Shown: piece by piece, positions 19,262 to 28,990 of the stretch
Position numbering within the stretch: position 1 is the first letter of the stretch
How the letters are laid out: each line of letters opens with the position of its first letter
NCBI GenBank assembly: GCA_047601445.1
Contig: JASGJH010000001.1
Span: 6,688,001 to 6,752,000 of the forward strand
Length of the DNA: 64,000 nt
Direction: 5' to 3'
DNA from: Myxococcales bacterium
Lineage (GTDB): Bacteria > Myxococcota_A > Polyangia > Polyangiales > DASUME01
The notes under the pieces: generated by a model
Told to the model about the DNA's origin: nothing
Seen by the model: only the letters and a program-made list of their open reading frames with translations
Database searches by the model: none
Position numbers and translations under genes: made by a program

Positions 19262-19906
19262 TTACTCCGGGTCGCGCACGAGCGGCATCGCCGGCTTGCC
19301 CATCAGATGCTTCGTCGGCTTCGGCAGCGCGACACCCGAACTGCTCGGCTTCTCTGGTGCCACGCCTGCATCGCCCGACCCGCAGTCATGACAAGGAGCG
19401 GCAGGCTCCACCGCGGGCTCTCCCATCATCTCCACCACCTCGTTCGGAATCAGCACCGCGCCCGCATCCGTGACCTGCGCCGCACCCGACCCATCACCCG
19501 TGTTCCCATGCTCCGTGACCGCCACCAGCGCGCCCGTCGTCTGCTCGGGCACTGCTTCGCTCTCACAACCCACCACACTCAACATCGCCGCAGCCAACAC
19601 CGCAGCCGCAGAACGCGACCGCAGCGAACGCCGCGCCATCTCCGCATGCGTCACCGGCGTACCATCGGCCTCGAAGAAACCCCGCACACACACCTCACCG
19701 GGGCGAGCCTTGGTGAGCAACTCACGGGCCGCATCCGGCGCCATCGCCGACACATCGTGCACCTCATGATCACAACGCGCGCAGTGACGCCGCTGCGCAT
19801 CGCCCGTCATCGCCCCCCAGTTCTCCTGACAAGGACTCGGGATGTGCACCTGCAACACAGGCACGCGCCGCTTGGTGGAGGAGGGCTTCGAGGACGGGAC
19901 GCTCAT
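19262..19906 (-). CDS. Hypothetical protein with N-terminal PC..W..M...RHCxxC motif and a hydrophobic segment
   Basis: IPSPCQENWGAMTGDAQRRHCARCDHEVHDVSAM...VCVR; start 19906 or 19990. Confidence 0.7.
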   Translation of the reverse strand: MSVPSSKPSSTKRRVPVLQVHIPSPCQENWGAMTGDAQRRHCARCDHEVHDVSAMAPDAARELLTKARPGEVCVRGFFEADGTPVTHAEMARRSLRSRSAAAVLAAAMLSVVGCESEAVPEQTTGALVAVTEHGNTGDGSGAAQVTDAGAVLIPNEVVEMMGEPAVEPAAPCHDCGSGDAGVAPEKPSSSGVALPKPTKHLMGKPAMPLVRDPE

Positions 19907-20131
19907 GATGAGGATGCAAACGCGCGAGAGGGGCAAAGGTTCTAAGCGAGTGAGGGTGAGGCGCGGGGAGGGGGCAAGGGCGACGGTCATGGCGACCTCC
20001 CGCTCCGCGGCCCGGGCGTTCTAGAATTGGTCCAACCATCATGAAGGGGCCCATCTCGGACTCCCTACGGGCGGGCTTCAAGAGCCCAAATTGCCGTTTA
20101 AAAGCGGCGGAGTACCCCCGTTGGCCCGGGC

Positions 20132-20159
20132 TTGACTTGGAGGCGAACACGGCTATCTT
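20132..20159 (+). promoter_or_regulatory. Sigma70-type promoter of tRNA-Phe
   Basis: TTGACT-N16-TATCTT, 22 bp upstream of the tRNA. Confidence 0.6.
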
Positions 20160-20181
20160 GCCGCCCTCGTTACGGACCGAA

Positions 20182-20257
20182 GCCCAGATAGCTCAGTCGG
20201 TAGAGCAGAGGATTGAAAATCCTCGTGTCGGCAGTTCGATTCTGTCTCTGGGCACCA
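20182..20257 (+). tRNA. tRNA-Phe (GAA)
   Basis: 76-nt cloverleaf GCCCAGATAGCTCAGTCGGTAGAGC...GAGGATTGAAAATCCTC...GTTCGATT...TCTGGGCACCA with encoded CCA. Confidence 0.98.
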
Positions 20258-20259
20258 TG

Positions 20260-20286
20260 AAAATCCCGCCTCTGGCGGGATTTTTT
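20260..20286 (+). terminator. Intrinsic terminator
   Basis: AAAATCCCGCC-TCT-GGCGGGATTTTTT. Confidence 0.9.
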
Positions 20287-20443
20287 CGCTTAACGGCTCG
20301 TCCAGGGAGTCCTTACAAGCCTTGGAAGTTTGCCGCGAGAGAAGGCGCGGAAGCGGTGAGTTGGCCGCCAAGCCGCTGTGAAAGGCCCATGTTGCACACG
20401 CTGTGCAACATAACTTCTTGAAGCAACGGAGTGCTCTTCGCGC

Positions 20444-21000
20444 TTAGAGGTGCTCGCCGATCCAGGCTCTGAGCTCCAAGTACGCGTCGTTCAGCGACAC
20501 CTGTGGACCCAAAGACATCGGACCGATGGCCGCGTAGGCGGCGCGAATGTCGGACCATCGCGAACTGTCGTCGTGCGCGAACGCGGGATGCGTTGCGCTC
20601 GGCATCTCTTTAATCTGCTTCTTGCTCCGGAGGTCTTCGGCCACGGCTTTGAGGCCCTCGTAGCCCTCCAGCGGTGCCGGCGTTGAGAACGCGCGCACCA
20701 CGCGACGGGCGTCCTCGAAGTGCCTAGTCAGCTGGCTCCAGCGTGCTTGGCATCTCGAGCAGGGTCACAGCAGGATGGACGCACCGAACACACGAATCTG
20801 CCCGGCCTCTGCCGGCATCTCGAGAGCCAAACGAGCGTTGGCGATTCGGCAGGTGCTGGTGAGCTCGCTGAAGTGCCGCGCACGCGCTGTGAGAGCTGCG
20901 TTCTTCCAGTTCCAAACGGGCGCGAGAATCCTCACGTGTCCTGGCTCGATCTTTAGATCGAGATCTTCGGAGAACCGCTCGGTGAGTTGAACCCTTGGCG
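20444..21000 (-). pseudogene. Decayed AbiEii-family nucleotidyltransferase toxin
   Basis: QLTERFSEDLDLKIEPG motif, then an in-frame stop at ~20765, then TRHFEDARRVV...ELRAWIGEHL. The N-terminal GGT motif is not intact. Confidence 0.7.
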
Positions 21001-21113
21001 GGGCGTCTTTCCGAGCACACAGGCGAGTCACTGAGCTGCACGCGTTGAGTCGGCAATTTCCGTGCGCTTCTTGCCGGCATCTCCTGCGTGTCAACGGAAC
21101 GGGAACTCCGGAC

Positions 21114-23411
21114 TTACTCGAGGTCGACGGGGATGGGGGTCGGTGACCAAGAGCGACCAATTCCCAGTTCTCCGGACAGGTTCGACCCCCAGCACCAGAG
21201 CGTGGAATTGCTTCGCAGGCCGCATGCATGCCTGCTGCCGAGGGAAATGCTTTTCCAGACACCTGCCGACCCCGAACCGTCGTTGATCAAGAGGGGGGCC
21301 TGGCTGGTCACCTCGTCGAGGTTAGAACTGGCGAGAACACCGGTACGATTGTGGTTGTGGCCCCAGCAGTACAGCCCGCTGCCGAGTATGCCGCAAGCCA
21401 CGTCGTTGCTTTGGTCGACGTCACGCCAGGCAGCGGCGGGATGTGCGAGTTGGGTCTCAGCTGCGTCATTGCCCCAGGTGCGCAGCGCCCCAGCGTTGAT
21501 CCCAAGATGATCTACGAAGCTGTTGCTAGACATCGCGATGTCTGTCCATCCTACGTGGGCACCCTTGCGGGTTGGCGTGTTGTTGCCGAGACCCCAGCAC
21601 CAAAGTTCGCCGCCGGGTGTGGTGATCGCGCATGCGGCATTCTGGCCGAGGTTCATGTCGGCCCATAGGCCTGGGTACGTCTTCCACTGATCGGGCGGCT
21701 GCACGCCGTAGCCGCCGTCAAAATTGTATCCGGTGCAGGCGAGCACGCCGTCTCGGATGCCGCATCGAGTGACGTCGTCCCAATCATCTCCTGAAAATTC
21801 GCCGTAGGAGGGGGCCGCGATGGCGACACGTGTCCATTGACCTTGCTGATCGCCGTCCCAGTATGGATCGATCGCGAGCTCGCCTGGCGGGCCGCCCCAG
21901 CGCATCGGGCTTCCATCGAATATTCCGGTGGCGAAGCCTGACGGCCCCACTGCAACCTGCGTCCAGGCCGCTCCGATGTTCGCCATCTGATATGGGATCG
22001 CTAGTCGTTGCTTTTGGCTGTGCCATGGGCCCCAGCAGTACACTTGCCCTCGACGGATTCCGCAGGTGCTCCGCGTGCCTACGGCGACTTGCTGCCAGCC
22101 GTCGGTCGTCACCTGTTTCGGCTCGGTAACTAGGCCCGGTGCGAGAGCGGGGACGAGGCCGCGAGCGTTACTTCCCCAGCACAGCAGTTGGCCGTTGCGG
22201 ATGCCACAGGCGGCGTTTTCCCCGCGCGCCACCTGGGTCCATTCGGATTCGTCGCCTACCCGGAAGACACCATCTCCCAGGATGCTCGATTGGAAGCCTG
22301 CTTTTGGCTCCGCGCCGGCCTCGCCGAAGTCGTTTGAGCCCCAGCACCAGAGGCTACCGTCGCTGCGGATGGCACAGTCATCGGCGATCTCTACCCAATC
22401 GCTCCTCGTGCCCACCTGGCGCGGCGTGCCTACGTAGTCTGTGTTCCGGTCGTCGACGTCCCAGAAGGGGCTGCCCCAGCAGAAGAGGTGTCCATCCTCG
22501 ACAACGCCGCAGGTGCGCGAGGACTGCACGCCCAGCGCCACCCACTTCATGTCTGTGACGCGCTTCCAGGCAAAGTCGTACTGGCGGCCGAGGTCTCTGT
22601 CGTACGGGGTAAGGTTTCCCCTCCCGAGTTCTCCGCCGTAATTGGTCCCCCAACAGTAGAGGGCGCCAGCGGCCTCAATGGCGCATGCGTGTGAGTCGTC
22701 TACGGCGACACGTGTAAATCGCATGTCGGTCCACGACGTGGGGCCCGATGTGCCGAAAGCCTCCTTGTACTGAGGTCCCCAGCATCGCAATGTGCCGGCC
22801 GTCGTGTCGCCATGGAGTGCACAGGTCCCGAATCCCCCTGTTGCGACGGAGTGCCATTGCTGATCGGAGGAGTCCGAATCGCCGAGAGCATAGAGTGTCG
22901 GAGTCGCGAGGCGTTCCTGAGCGTAGAGTTGGCCGAAGGGGAGGAACCCGTTGTTGTAGCCCCAGCAGTAGAGACCGCCCTCGCGCGTGCCGCAGGTATG
23001 GAAGTCGCCGACGGCCACGCTGTCCCAGCCAGTGTCCTGCCCAACTCTCGTCGGAGGGAAGTTGACGACCGAATCGGAGAGAAACCCGAGGCCTAGCTGC
23101 CCATACTCGTTGGAGCCCCAGCAAAAGAGCTCTCCGCCTGTCCGAATTGCGCACGCATGAACGTCTCCCACGCTGAGCTGAGTGACTTCAGTGGAGGCGC
23201 CGGCATCTTCGACGTCAGTCGAACTATCGAGGGGGAGCGAGGCGTCGCTCGGCTCATCGTCAAGATCATCGGGTTCGCCCGCGGCATCTCCAGCGGATGC
23301 GTCGAAGCACTCTGAGGCGCTGGGAGAGCCACCTTCGCTATCGTCGGCGGAGCTGTCGCGACATCCGGAGAGGGCCAACGTAAGCAGCAGAAAGAATGAA
23401 AGAAGTCGCAT
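21114..23411 (-). CDS. RCC1/BLIP-II repeat lipoprotein
   Basis: Lipobox LSGC; many HxCxI..G.L.CWG.N..GQLG repeats. Confidence 0.9.
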   Translation of the reverse strand: MRLLSFFLLLTLALSGCRDSSADDSEGGSPSASECFDASAGDAAGEPDDLDDEPSDASLPLDSSTDVEDAGASTEVTQLSVGDVHACAIRTGGELFCWGSNEYGQLGLGFLSDSVVNFPPTRVGQDTGWDSVAVGDFHTCGTREGGLYCWGYNNGFLPFGQLYAQERLATPTLYALGDSDSSDQQWHSVATGGFGTCALHGDTTAGTLRCWGPQYKEAFGTSGPTSWTDMRFTRVAVDDSHACAIEAAGALYCWGTNYGGELGRGNLTPYDRDLGRQYDFAWKRVTDMKWVALGVQSSRTCGVVEDGHLFCWGSPFWDVDDRNTDYVGTPRQVGTRSDWVEIADDCAIRSDGSLWCWGSNDFGEAGAEPKAGFQSSILGDGVFRVGDESEWTQVARGENAACGIRNGQLLCWGSNARGLVPALAPGLVTEPKQVTTDGWQQVAVGTRSTCGIRRGQVYCWGPWHSQKQRLAIPYQMANIGAAWTQVAVGPSGFATGIFDGSPMRWGGPPGELAIDPYWDGDQQGQWTRVAIAAPSYGEFSGDDWDDVTRCGIRDGVLACTGYNFDGGYGVQPPDQWKTYPGLWADMNLGQNAACAITTPGGELWCWGLGNNTPTRKGAHVGWTDIAMSSNSFVDHLGINAGALRTWGNDAAETQLAHPAAAWRDVDQSNDVACGILGSGLYCWGHNHNRTGVLASSNLDEVTSQAPLLINDGSGSAGVWKSISLGSRHACGLRSNSTLWCWGSNLSGELGIGRSWSPTPIPVDLE

Positions 23412-23692
23412 GCTTGATCTCGCCGTTCGTGGTCGATGAGGTGGAGACTAGGAAGGCCGGCTCCGTGTCGTCCTACGGACCAGGGTCAATGTTGAGGGAA
23501 CACTGCGTCCGAAACGTTCGACGCCGAAGGTGCTTGTTCGCCGGGCTCTGCGACCACGCCCGTGGCGTGCCAGGGGCTTGTCCATGCGCCCGCGTTTCTC
23601 TGTATCGGACACCGCCGCGAGAAGTTGCGCGAGTGATGTCGTTCTCTCAAAGTCAGGTTACTCTGACCTCGGTCCACGCCTCAATCCACTGA

Positions 23693-23736
23693 CAATTGCG
23701 CGAAAGTCCGGTCGTCCCGCTTCATCAGCGCGATCG
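23693..23736 (-). mobile_element. IS3 orfA fragment (inverted)
   Basis: 43/44 identical to 30492-30535 in reverse complement. Confidence 0.85.
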
Positions 23737-23899
23737 CGTGACTCATCACTTGGCTTCCTGTTGAGGCTGATGGGGTGAGCGAAGCCTCGCAGCCGCTCCC
23801 GATAGTGGGGCCGCTGTGGCCAAGGCCACGCGCTCGGTGCTCCAGCATTCACCCCTTAGGTGCCCCTCCGGCTAGGTACTATCCGCGTAAGGCACGAAC

Positions 23900-23985
23900 T
23901 GAGTTCCCCCGGTTCCGTTGACACGCACGAGAGACCCATGCGTGTTCAGAAGCAGCAGCGCTACACCGATGAGTTTAAGGGCAGA
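23900..23985 (+). mobile_element. IS3 left-end remnant (IRL plus first codons of orfA)
   Basis: TGAGTTCCCCCGGTTCCGTTGACACGC...ATGCGTGTTCAGAAGCAGCAGCGCTACAC nearly matches 30404-30489. Confidence 0.9.
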
Positions 23986-24325
23986 CGTGACGAGGCGGAC
24001 CAACGACGTGGATGGAGTCATTGCGCTCGGCATTGGCGCCGGTACGCATTGTGTTCAGCGCCCAAACCCCCAGGTTCTCCACCGGCCCCTTCTTCTTATT
24101 CAGGATGTGCGCGGCGTGCGCCGCGAAGTAGGCGGCAATCAGAGGGCGGCGCGATCCACTGCTCGGGAATCTGGCGCCAAAAGGCGTCGTTGCTTCCTCG
24201 CAGGGCAGCAAGGAGATCCTCCGGCTCATCGTACGCATCGACCTGGACAATCTCGGACAGCATGTGGAGGTCAACCTCGTGCTCGGCTGTTCAAGCAAAG
24301 CATGGTCTACACCCGCTGGATGGTG

Positions 24326-25015
24326 CTATCGGTCGATGTCCGCCCTGGCCAACGCAGAGCACCGACCGCGCGCGGCTCCCTTACGCACCTGCTCGGATCG
24401 GAAGAAGCCCTCGAGCGCGTCATCGAAATCGTCTGACGCTAACAGCTGGTCGAATTCGCGCGCCAGGTATGCACGAAGCTCCACCGGGCACGCTTCGACC
24501 TCGGTCAGCACCTCGGGCCGGCCATCCATGATGGCGATCACGTCCTCGATGTCTGCGCTCGCAAGGTAGTCGCCTCGGCCACGTCCCTTAAAGGCTTCCA
24601 TCTTGGTGGCCAGGAAGTACGGGGCGGCGATGACCCGGACGCGCACTCCTTCTCCGAGGTCGTGCCATTCGCCAGTGGCGATCGCAGCATCGTACCAGCG
24701 ATTCGAGAAGCCCAGGACGTCCACGCTCGTTGGCATGATGTCGACGGTCACGCCGTCCACGATCCAGCGGCAGATTGGAGCATCGTCGCTCATGTCCTGC
24801 TTGAAGCCCGCCCGACGCAGGTCGGTACTCAGGTCGCGGAGATACTCGAGCCGCGTCCGACGCACGATTACGTCCACATCATCCGTGGGCCTGACACCAC
24901 CCGCGGTGCGGTCCGTCAAGAGCAGCTCGACGGTGGCCCCTCCAACGAAGACGACCTGATCCAACAAGGGACCGAGGCGACGCGCGACCAGGCGCAGGTT
25001 GTCGCGCACCTTCAT
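24326..25015 (-). CDS. Nucleotidyltransferase (AbiEii-like superfamily), putative toxin
   Basis: VFVGGAT...RPTDDVDVIV, VDIMP, FLATKMEAFKGRG...SADIEDVI; 4-bp overlap with the upstream gene. Confidence 0.8.
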   Translation of the reverse strand: MKVRDNLRLVARRLGPLLDQVVFVGGATVELLLTDRTAGGVRPTDDVDVIVRRTRLEYLRDLSTDLRRAGFKQDMSDDAPICRWIVDGVTVDIMPTSVDVLGFSNRWYDAAIATGEWHDLGEGVRVRVIAAPYFLATKMEAFKGRGRGDYLASADIEDVIAIMDGRPEVLTEVEACPVELRAYLAREFDQLLASDDFDDALEGFFRSEQVRKGAARGRCSALARADIDR

Positions 25016-25527
25016 GCTGCCAGCCGTTGTCGGAGAAGAGTTTCCGCCAACTTGCGCTCGCGTGCGCGTCCAATGCGCAGCGCATCGACGAGTGCCAAGA
25101 GTTCATAGAGCTTGGGATCCTCTCGGGCCGCGCGGGGCGCCGAAGGATAGAGCGGCTCGATGGATTCACCACGGACGCTGCCCTCCTCGTCCGCCCAGAC
25201 TGGAGCGAGGTCGTCTGAGCTCGACACGATCTTGCCCGCGAGCACAGGCGCCGCGTGAGAGGTCGGCACCCCACGCGCGACGCCCGCCCGTACAGGCGCG
25301 TACGCGTACCGTGCGCCGTGCAGAACGAACTCCTCGAGCGCCGCCCGAATGGGGCGACGTTCGGATCGATTGTAGAGGCCCGAGTGGGCTGCACGCCCGA
25401 GTGCGGCATGAACCTCCGACGGACTCATGTAGAGCGACTTCGCCAGCGAGGCATAGCTCCACGGCGCTTTGCCTACGGCAGCGAGCTTGAGGAGCACGAG
25501 GAGGTCTTGGGGCTTGAGCGTGGCCAT
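25012..25527 (-). CDS. HTH-containing partner protein (putative antitoxin/regulator)
   Basis: LKPQDLLVLLKL...WSYASLAKSLYMSPSEVHAALGR HTH; C-terminal LYELLALVDALRIGRARE. Confidence 0.8.
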   Translation of the reverse strand: MATLKPQDLLVLLKLAAVGKAPWSYASLAKSLYMSPSEVHAALGRAAHSGLYNRSERRPIRAALEEFVLHGARYAYAPVRAGVARGVPTSHAAPVLAGKIVSSSDDLAPVWADEEGSVRGESIEPLYPSAPRAAREDPKLYELLALVDALRIGRARERKLAETLLRQRLAA

Positions 25528-25531
25528 TTGC

Positions 25532-25543
25532 TATTCGCGAATA
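25532..25543. promoter_or_regulatory. Perfect 12-bp palindrome, putative autoregulatory operator
   Basis: TATTCGCGAATA lies 4 bp upstream of the ATG at 25527 and next to a TATTCT -10-like box on the minus strand. Confidence 0.55.
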
Positions 25544-25773
25544 AAGAATACTGTGGTGAATGCCGATTTACTAGCGCTACCGAACTTGATGATGTCAAGT
25601 GGTTGAAATAACTCGGCTTTGATGCGGTGTGGGGTACTCGAGGCTGGACGCTACCTCGTGCAGTCGTGGAGCCGGAGCAGACAAGTATCCGGTCCCGGGT
25701 AACCGTCCGTAAGTCCTCGCTGGTGCTCGTCTTTGCGAGCCGAGCAACCTGGATAGTCAGACTTCTTGGACGA

Positions 25774-25998
25774 TCAGTCGTCGTCTTCAGGCGGCCAATC
25801 GGTTGGCCGGATCTGGTCGGCATGTGCTGCCGAAACAAAGACATCGTCGATCGAGGACAGGTCTTCGGCGGCAACCCGGACCCAATAGCCGTCGATGGGC
25901 GGTCGCGAGACGCGACGTCGAACAGTTCCCTTGAACTCGGTCGGCATGCCGCGAAAGCAGCAGACCCCATCGCCTGGTTTGAAGCTTCGGTCGCTCAT
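25774..25998 (-). CDS. Small hypothetical protein (possible SH3-like barrel)
   Basis: 74 aa MSDRSFKPGDGV...GTV...YWVRV; GAGG upstream. Confidence 0.4.
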   Translation of the reverse strand: MSDRSFKPGDGVCCFRGMPTEFKGTVRRRVSRPPIDGYWVRVAAEDLSSIDDVFVSAAHADQIRPTDWPPEDDD

Positions 25999-26506
25999 CT
26001 TGCATTGACCTCGTGAGGCAGCGGAATCGGTTGCTGCCTGCTCGCCGTACGAGCTGCAGTCCGCCAGTAGGCGTCAGGCTCAACGCTAGCAAGCCTTGCG
26101 CTGTCGATAGGGCTGTAGCAGCTGGCAGCTACGGTGCCGCGTTCTAGCGGAGCCGTAGCGATTTTTTCTGCCGAGCACCACACCGCGCAGACACGCTCGA
26201 TGTGCTGTCGTCGAGTGGGAGTCCCCGAATCGCCAGGCCATCTCGGAAAGCGGGCTTCCGCAACTCGGCAGACACGGTCGGCCTCATCGAGCTTCGCTTG
26301 AAGAGCGTTTGTCGATGGCGCAACGAAGTTCGCCGCTGCAGGGCTGACGGCAACCGAGATCTTGGTCCACCTCCCCAGAACCACTCGGGGTGAACCCCCG
26401 CAACGACGCATGACGACTCGCGCCGAGGCGATGTAGGGTGCGCCCCGCGGCTCCCCCAGCGTATCTGCGCGTACAAGCGGCGCGCGTGGAGTCGTGGGGA
26501 GAACCG

Positions 26507-28891
26507 ATGGGCGTGCGATGTCGCAGGAGTGTTGGGGTCGGGATCGTGGCGGGCACATTGGCCGTGATGAGCGGCTGTGCGGTCGAGGTGGGGAGCGAGG
26601 ACGAGCTCGAGGTGAATGGGATCTCGCAGCCCTTCGCGGTGACGGACTGGATGGTGGCGAGCAACGCCTCGCTCCTGCGCTGGGCGCAAACGAGCGCCGG
26701 TGGGGTCAAGGTGTGCCTGCAGGGTACGGGGTTCACCGCCGCCAACACGGCCGACTACCAGAATGCCGCCAAGGCTGCGATCGTGGCCTGGGTCGACGGC
26801 ATCAGGCCGATCTCCAAGGCTTCGTTGATCACGGCCGCGAACGTGTCTTTCTCCTGCAACAATCCCCAGGTCACTCTCAACTGGGACATCAACAACACGG
26901 ACAGCGCGACCGGCCAGCCCGGTTGGATCGAGCTCGGCGGTCAGGGCTCGGGCGTGCTCTTGCACGAGTTCGGCCACGTCTTTGGCCTCGATGACACCTA
27001 CCTCAACAACGTGCTGACCTGCAAGGAGGCGCACGAGAGCTCGGTGATGTGCCACGGCAGCCAGTTGTCCGCGCTCGCAGCCGACGACATCGATGGCATC
27101 CAGCGCGCCTTCTGCACGGTCTACCCGGCGCAGTGCAAGGCGCGCTGGAACGCGAGCATCAGCTTCTGTTCGGGCACCGGCAAGCAACTGCGTACGGGCG
27201 AGTTCACCGGAGATGGGCGTACCGACCTGTTGTGCCACGACACCGTCGCGGGCACCCGGCAGGTGCTCTGGGCCGACAAGAACGACCAGTTCCCCAGCGT
27301 GAGCTGGAACGACACCTACGTGTGGTGCCAGGCCCCGAAGACTCTGCAGCTCGGTGACTACAACGGCGATGGGCGTACGGACTATCTCTGTCACGATGGC
27401 ACCACCGGCAACGACTCGATCACGTACACGAACCAGTGGGGCTATTACCTGACGCCCACGGCCTTCACGCTCACGAACTGCTCGGGCAACGGCCGCTACT
27501 TGGCCGACGTGGGCGACTTCAACGGCGACGGGCGCACGGACCTGCTGTGCCGCTGGTCGGACGGAACGGTCCTCACGCAGCAGGCCACGACGAACGGCAC
27601 CTTCACCGGCGTGAGCTGGGTTGGAACTTGGGCCGCCTTGTGCTCCAGCAGCGGACGGCTGCTCGCGGGCGACGTGAACCGTGACGGTCGCGACGACCTC
27701 GTGTGCAAGGAGACGACCTCGGGGACCCTGCGCGTCGGGCTCGCCTCGTCCACGGGCACCTTCTCCAGCATCAGCTCCACTGCGACGCTGAGCTTTTGCA
27801 CGCAGCCGAGCAGCGTGATGGCCCTCGCCGATTTCGACGGTGACGGCCGCGACGACTTCTACTGCCGCGACATCCACGACAACTACGGCGGACCGGCCAC
27901 CACCGGCGGTCACTGGATCGCGCTCGCCCAGTCGGACGCGACCTTCAAGGGCATTTCCCGCTACTGGACGAGCTTCAACGACGCCACCACCACGCAAGTG
28001 GCGCTCGGCGACTTCGATCGCAACGGCGGCACCGACCTCGCCTTCACCACGAGCGCCGGCGCACTCTCGGTCGACTACACCGAGCTGCGCTTCAGCCAGG
28101 TTGCGTCCGGTGAATCGCACAGCTGTGCGCTCAACGCCAACGGCCAGGCCCGCTGCTGGGGTGATAACGAGCTATTGACCCTCGAAGTGCCGCGCGGAGG
28201 CCGCTACTCGGCCCTGGTGCTGGGCGCGGACTTCTCCTGCGGGCTGCGCAGCTCCGACTCGAAGCCCGCGTGTTGGGGCAATGGTCCCACCGCCAGCGTG
28301 GCGCCTGCCACGGCGTTCACGAAGCTGAGCGCGGCCGCGTTCCACGTCTGCGGCATCAAGGCGTCGGACAGCTCCATCGCCTGCTGGGCGGGTAGCAATG
28401 CCCCGCCCCAGGGCATGGCGCCGGCCTCGGTGGCGGGCACGTTCACGGCCGTCGCCGCGGGCGGCGCGCACTCCTGCGGGATCACCGGTGGCAACGCCAA
28501 GTGTTGGGGTCTCAACGACAAGGGCCAGGCGCCAGCCTCGGTGACCGGACCCTTCCAGATGATCGCGGCTGGCGACCAGTTCACCTGCGCGCGCAAGACC
28601 GACAAAATCCAGTGCTGGGGCAACAACACCTCCGGTCAGGCCCCCGCGAGCGTCACCGGCTCGTTCCTCCATCTCACGGCGGGTTCGGCCCACGCTTGCG
28701 CTCAGCGCCAGGACGGCACCGTCCAGTGCTGGGGCGCCAACAGCGTGGGGCAGACGACCGTCCCCAGCGACAAGTTCGTCGCGAACCAGGTCTACGCGCG
28801 CGGCGAGCACACATGCGGCATCCTGGCCAGTGACCAGAGCCTCAAGTGCTGGGGCAACAACACGGACGGCGAGTCCACTCCCGCGCGTTGA
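26507..28891 (+). CDS. Lipoprotein: zinc metallopeptidase (metzincin-like), FG-GAP/VCBS repeats and RCC1-like repeats
   Basis: HEFGHVFGLDD with SVM Met-turn; repeated GDFNGDGRTDLLC; repeated HSC...CWG.N. Confidence 0.85.
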   Translation: MGVRCRRSVGVGIVAGTLAVMSGCAVEVGSEDELEVNGISQPFAVTDWMVASNASLLRWAQTSAGGVKVCLQGTGFTAANTADYQNAAKAAIVAWVDGIRPISKASLITAANVSFSCNNPQVTLNWDINNTDSATGQPGWIELGGQGSGVLLHEFGHVFGLDDTYLNNVLTCKEAHESSVMCHGSQLSALAADDIDGIQRAFCTVYPAQCKARWNASISFCSGTGKQLRTGEFTGDGRTDLLCHDTVAGTRQVLWADKNDQFPSVSWNDTYVWCQAPKTLQLGDYNGDGRTDYLCHDGTTGNDSITYTNQWGYYLTPTAFTLTNCSGNGRYLADVGDFNGDGRTDLLCRWSDGTVLTQQATTNGTFTGVSWVGTWAALCSSSGRLLAGDVNRDGRDDLVCKETTSGTLRVGLASSTGTFSSISSTATLSFCTQPSSVMALADFDGDGRDDFYCRDIHDNYGGPATTGGHWIALAQSDATFKGISRYWTSFNDATTTQVALGDFDRNGGTDLAFTTSAGALSVDYTELRFSQVASGESHSCALNANGQARCWGDNELLTLEVPRGGRYSALVLGADFSCGLRSSDSKPACWGNGPTASVAPATAFTKLSAAAFHVCGIKASDSSIACWAGSNAPPQGMAPASVAGTFTAVAAGGAHSCGITGGNAKCWGLNDKGQAPASVTGPFQMIAAGDQFTCARKTDKIQCWGNNTSGQAPASVTGSFLHLTAGSAHACAQRQDGTVQCWGANSVGQTTVPSDKFVANQVYARGEHTCGILASDQSLKCWGNNTDGESTPAR

Positions 28892-28990
28892 GCGAGCGGC
28901 GACACGCGTGAGGCCAGGGGGTGCACTCTCTGCGGGTGAGGCCAAGCACCGCCTTCCGACGATGCAGCCACCGTCCTCACGCCCCTCTCC

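Noticed and set aside
23986..24325. Possible gene fragment (RRTNDVD..., KEILRLIVRIDLD...)
   Set aside because: Only short pieces in different frames; no assignable family.
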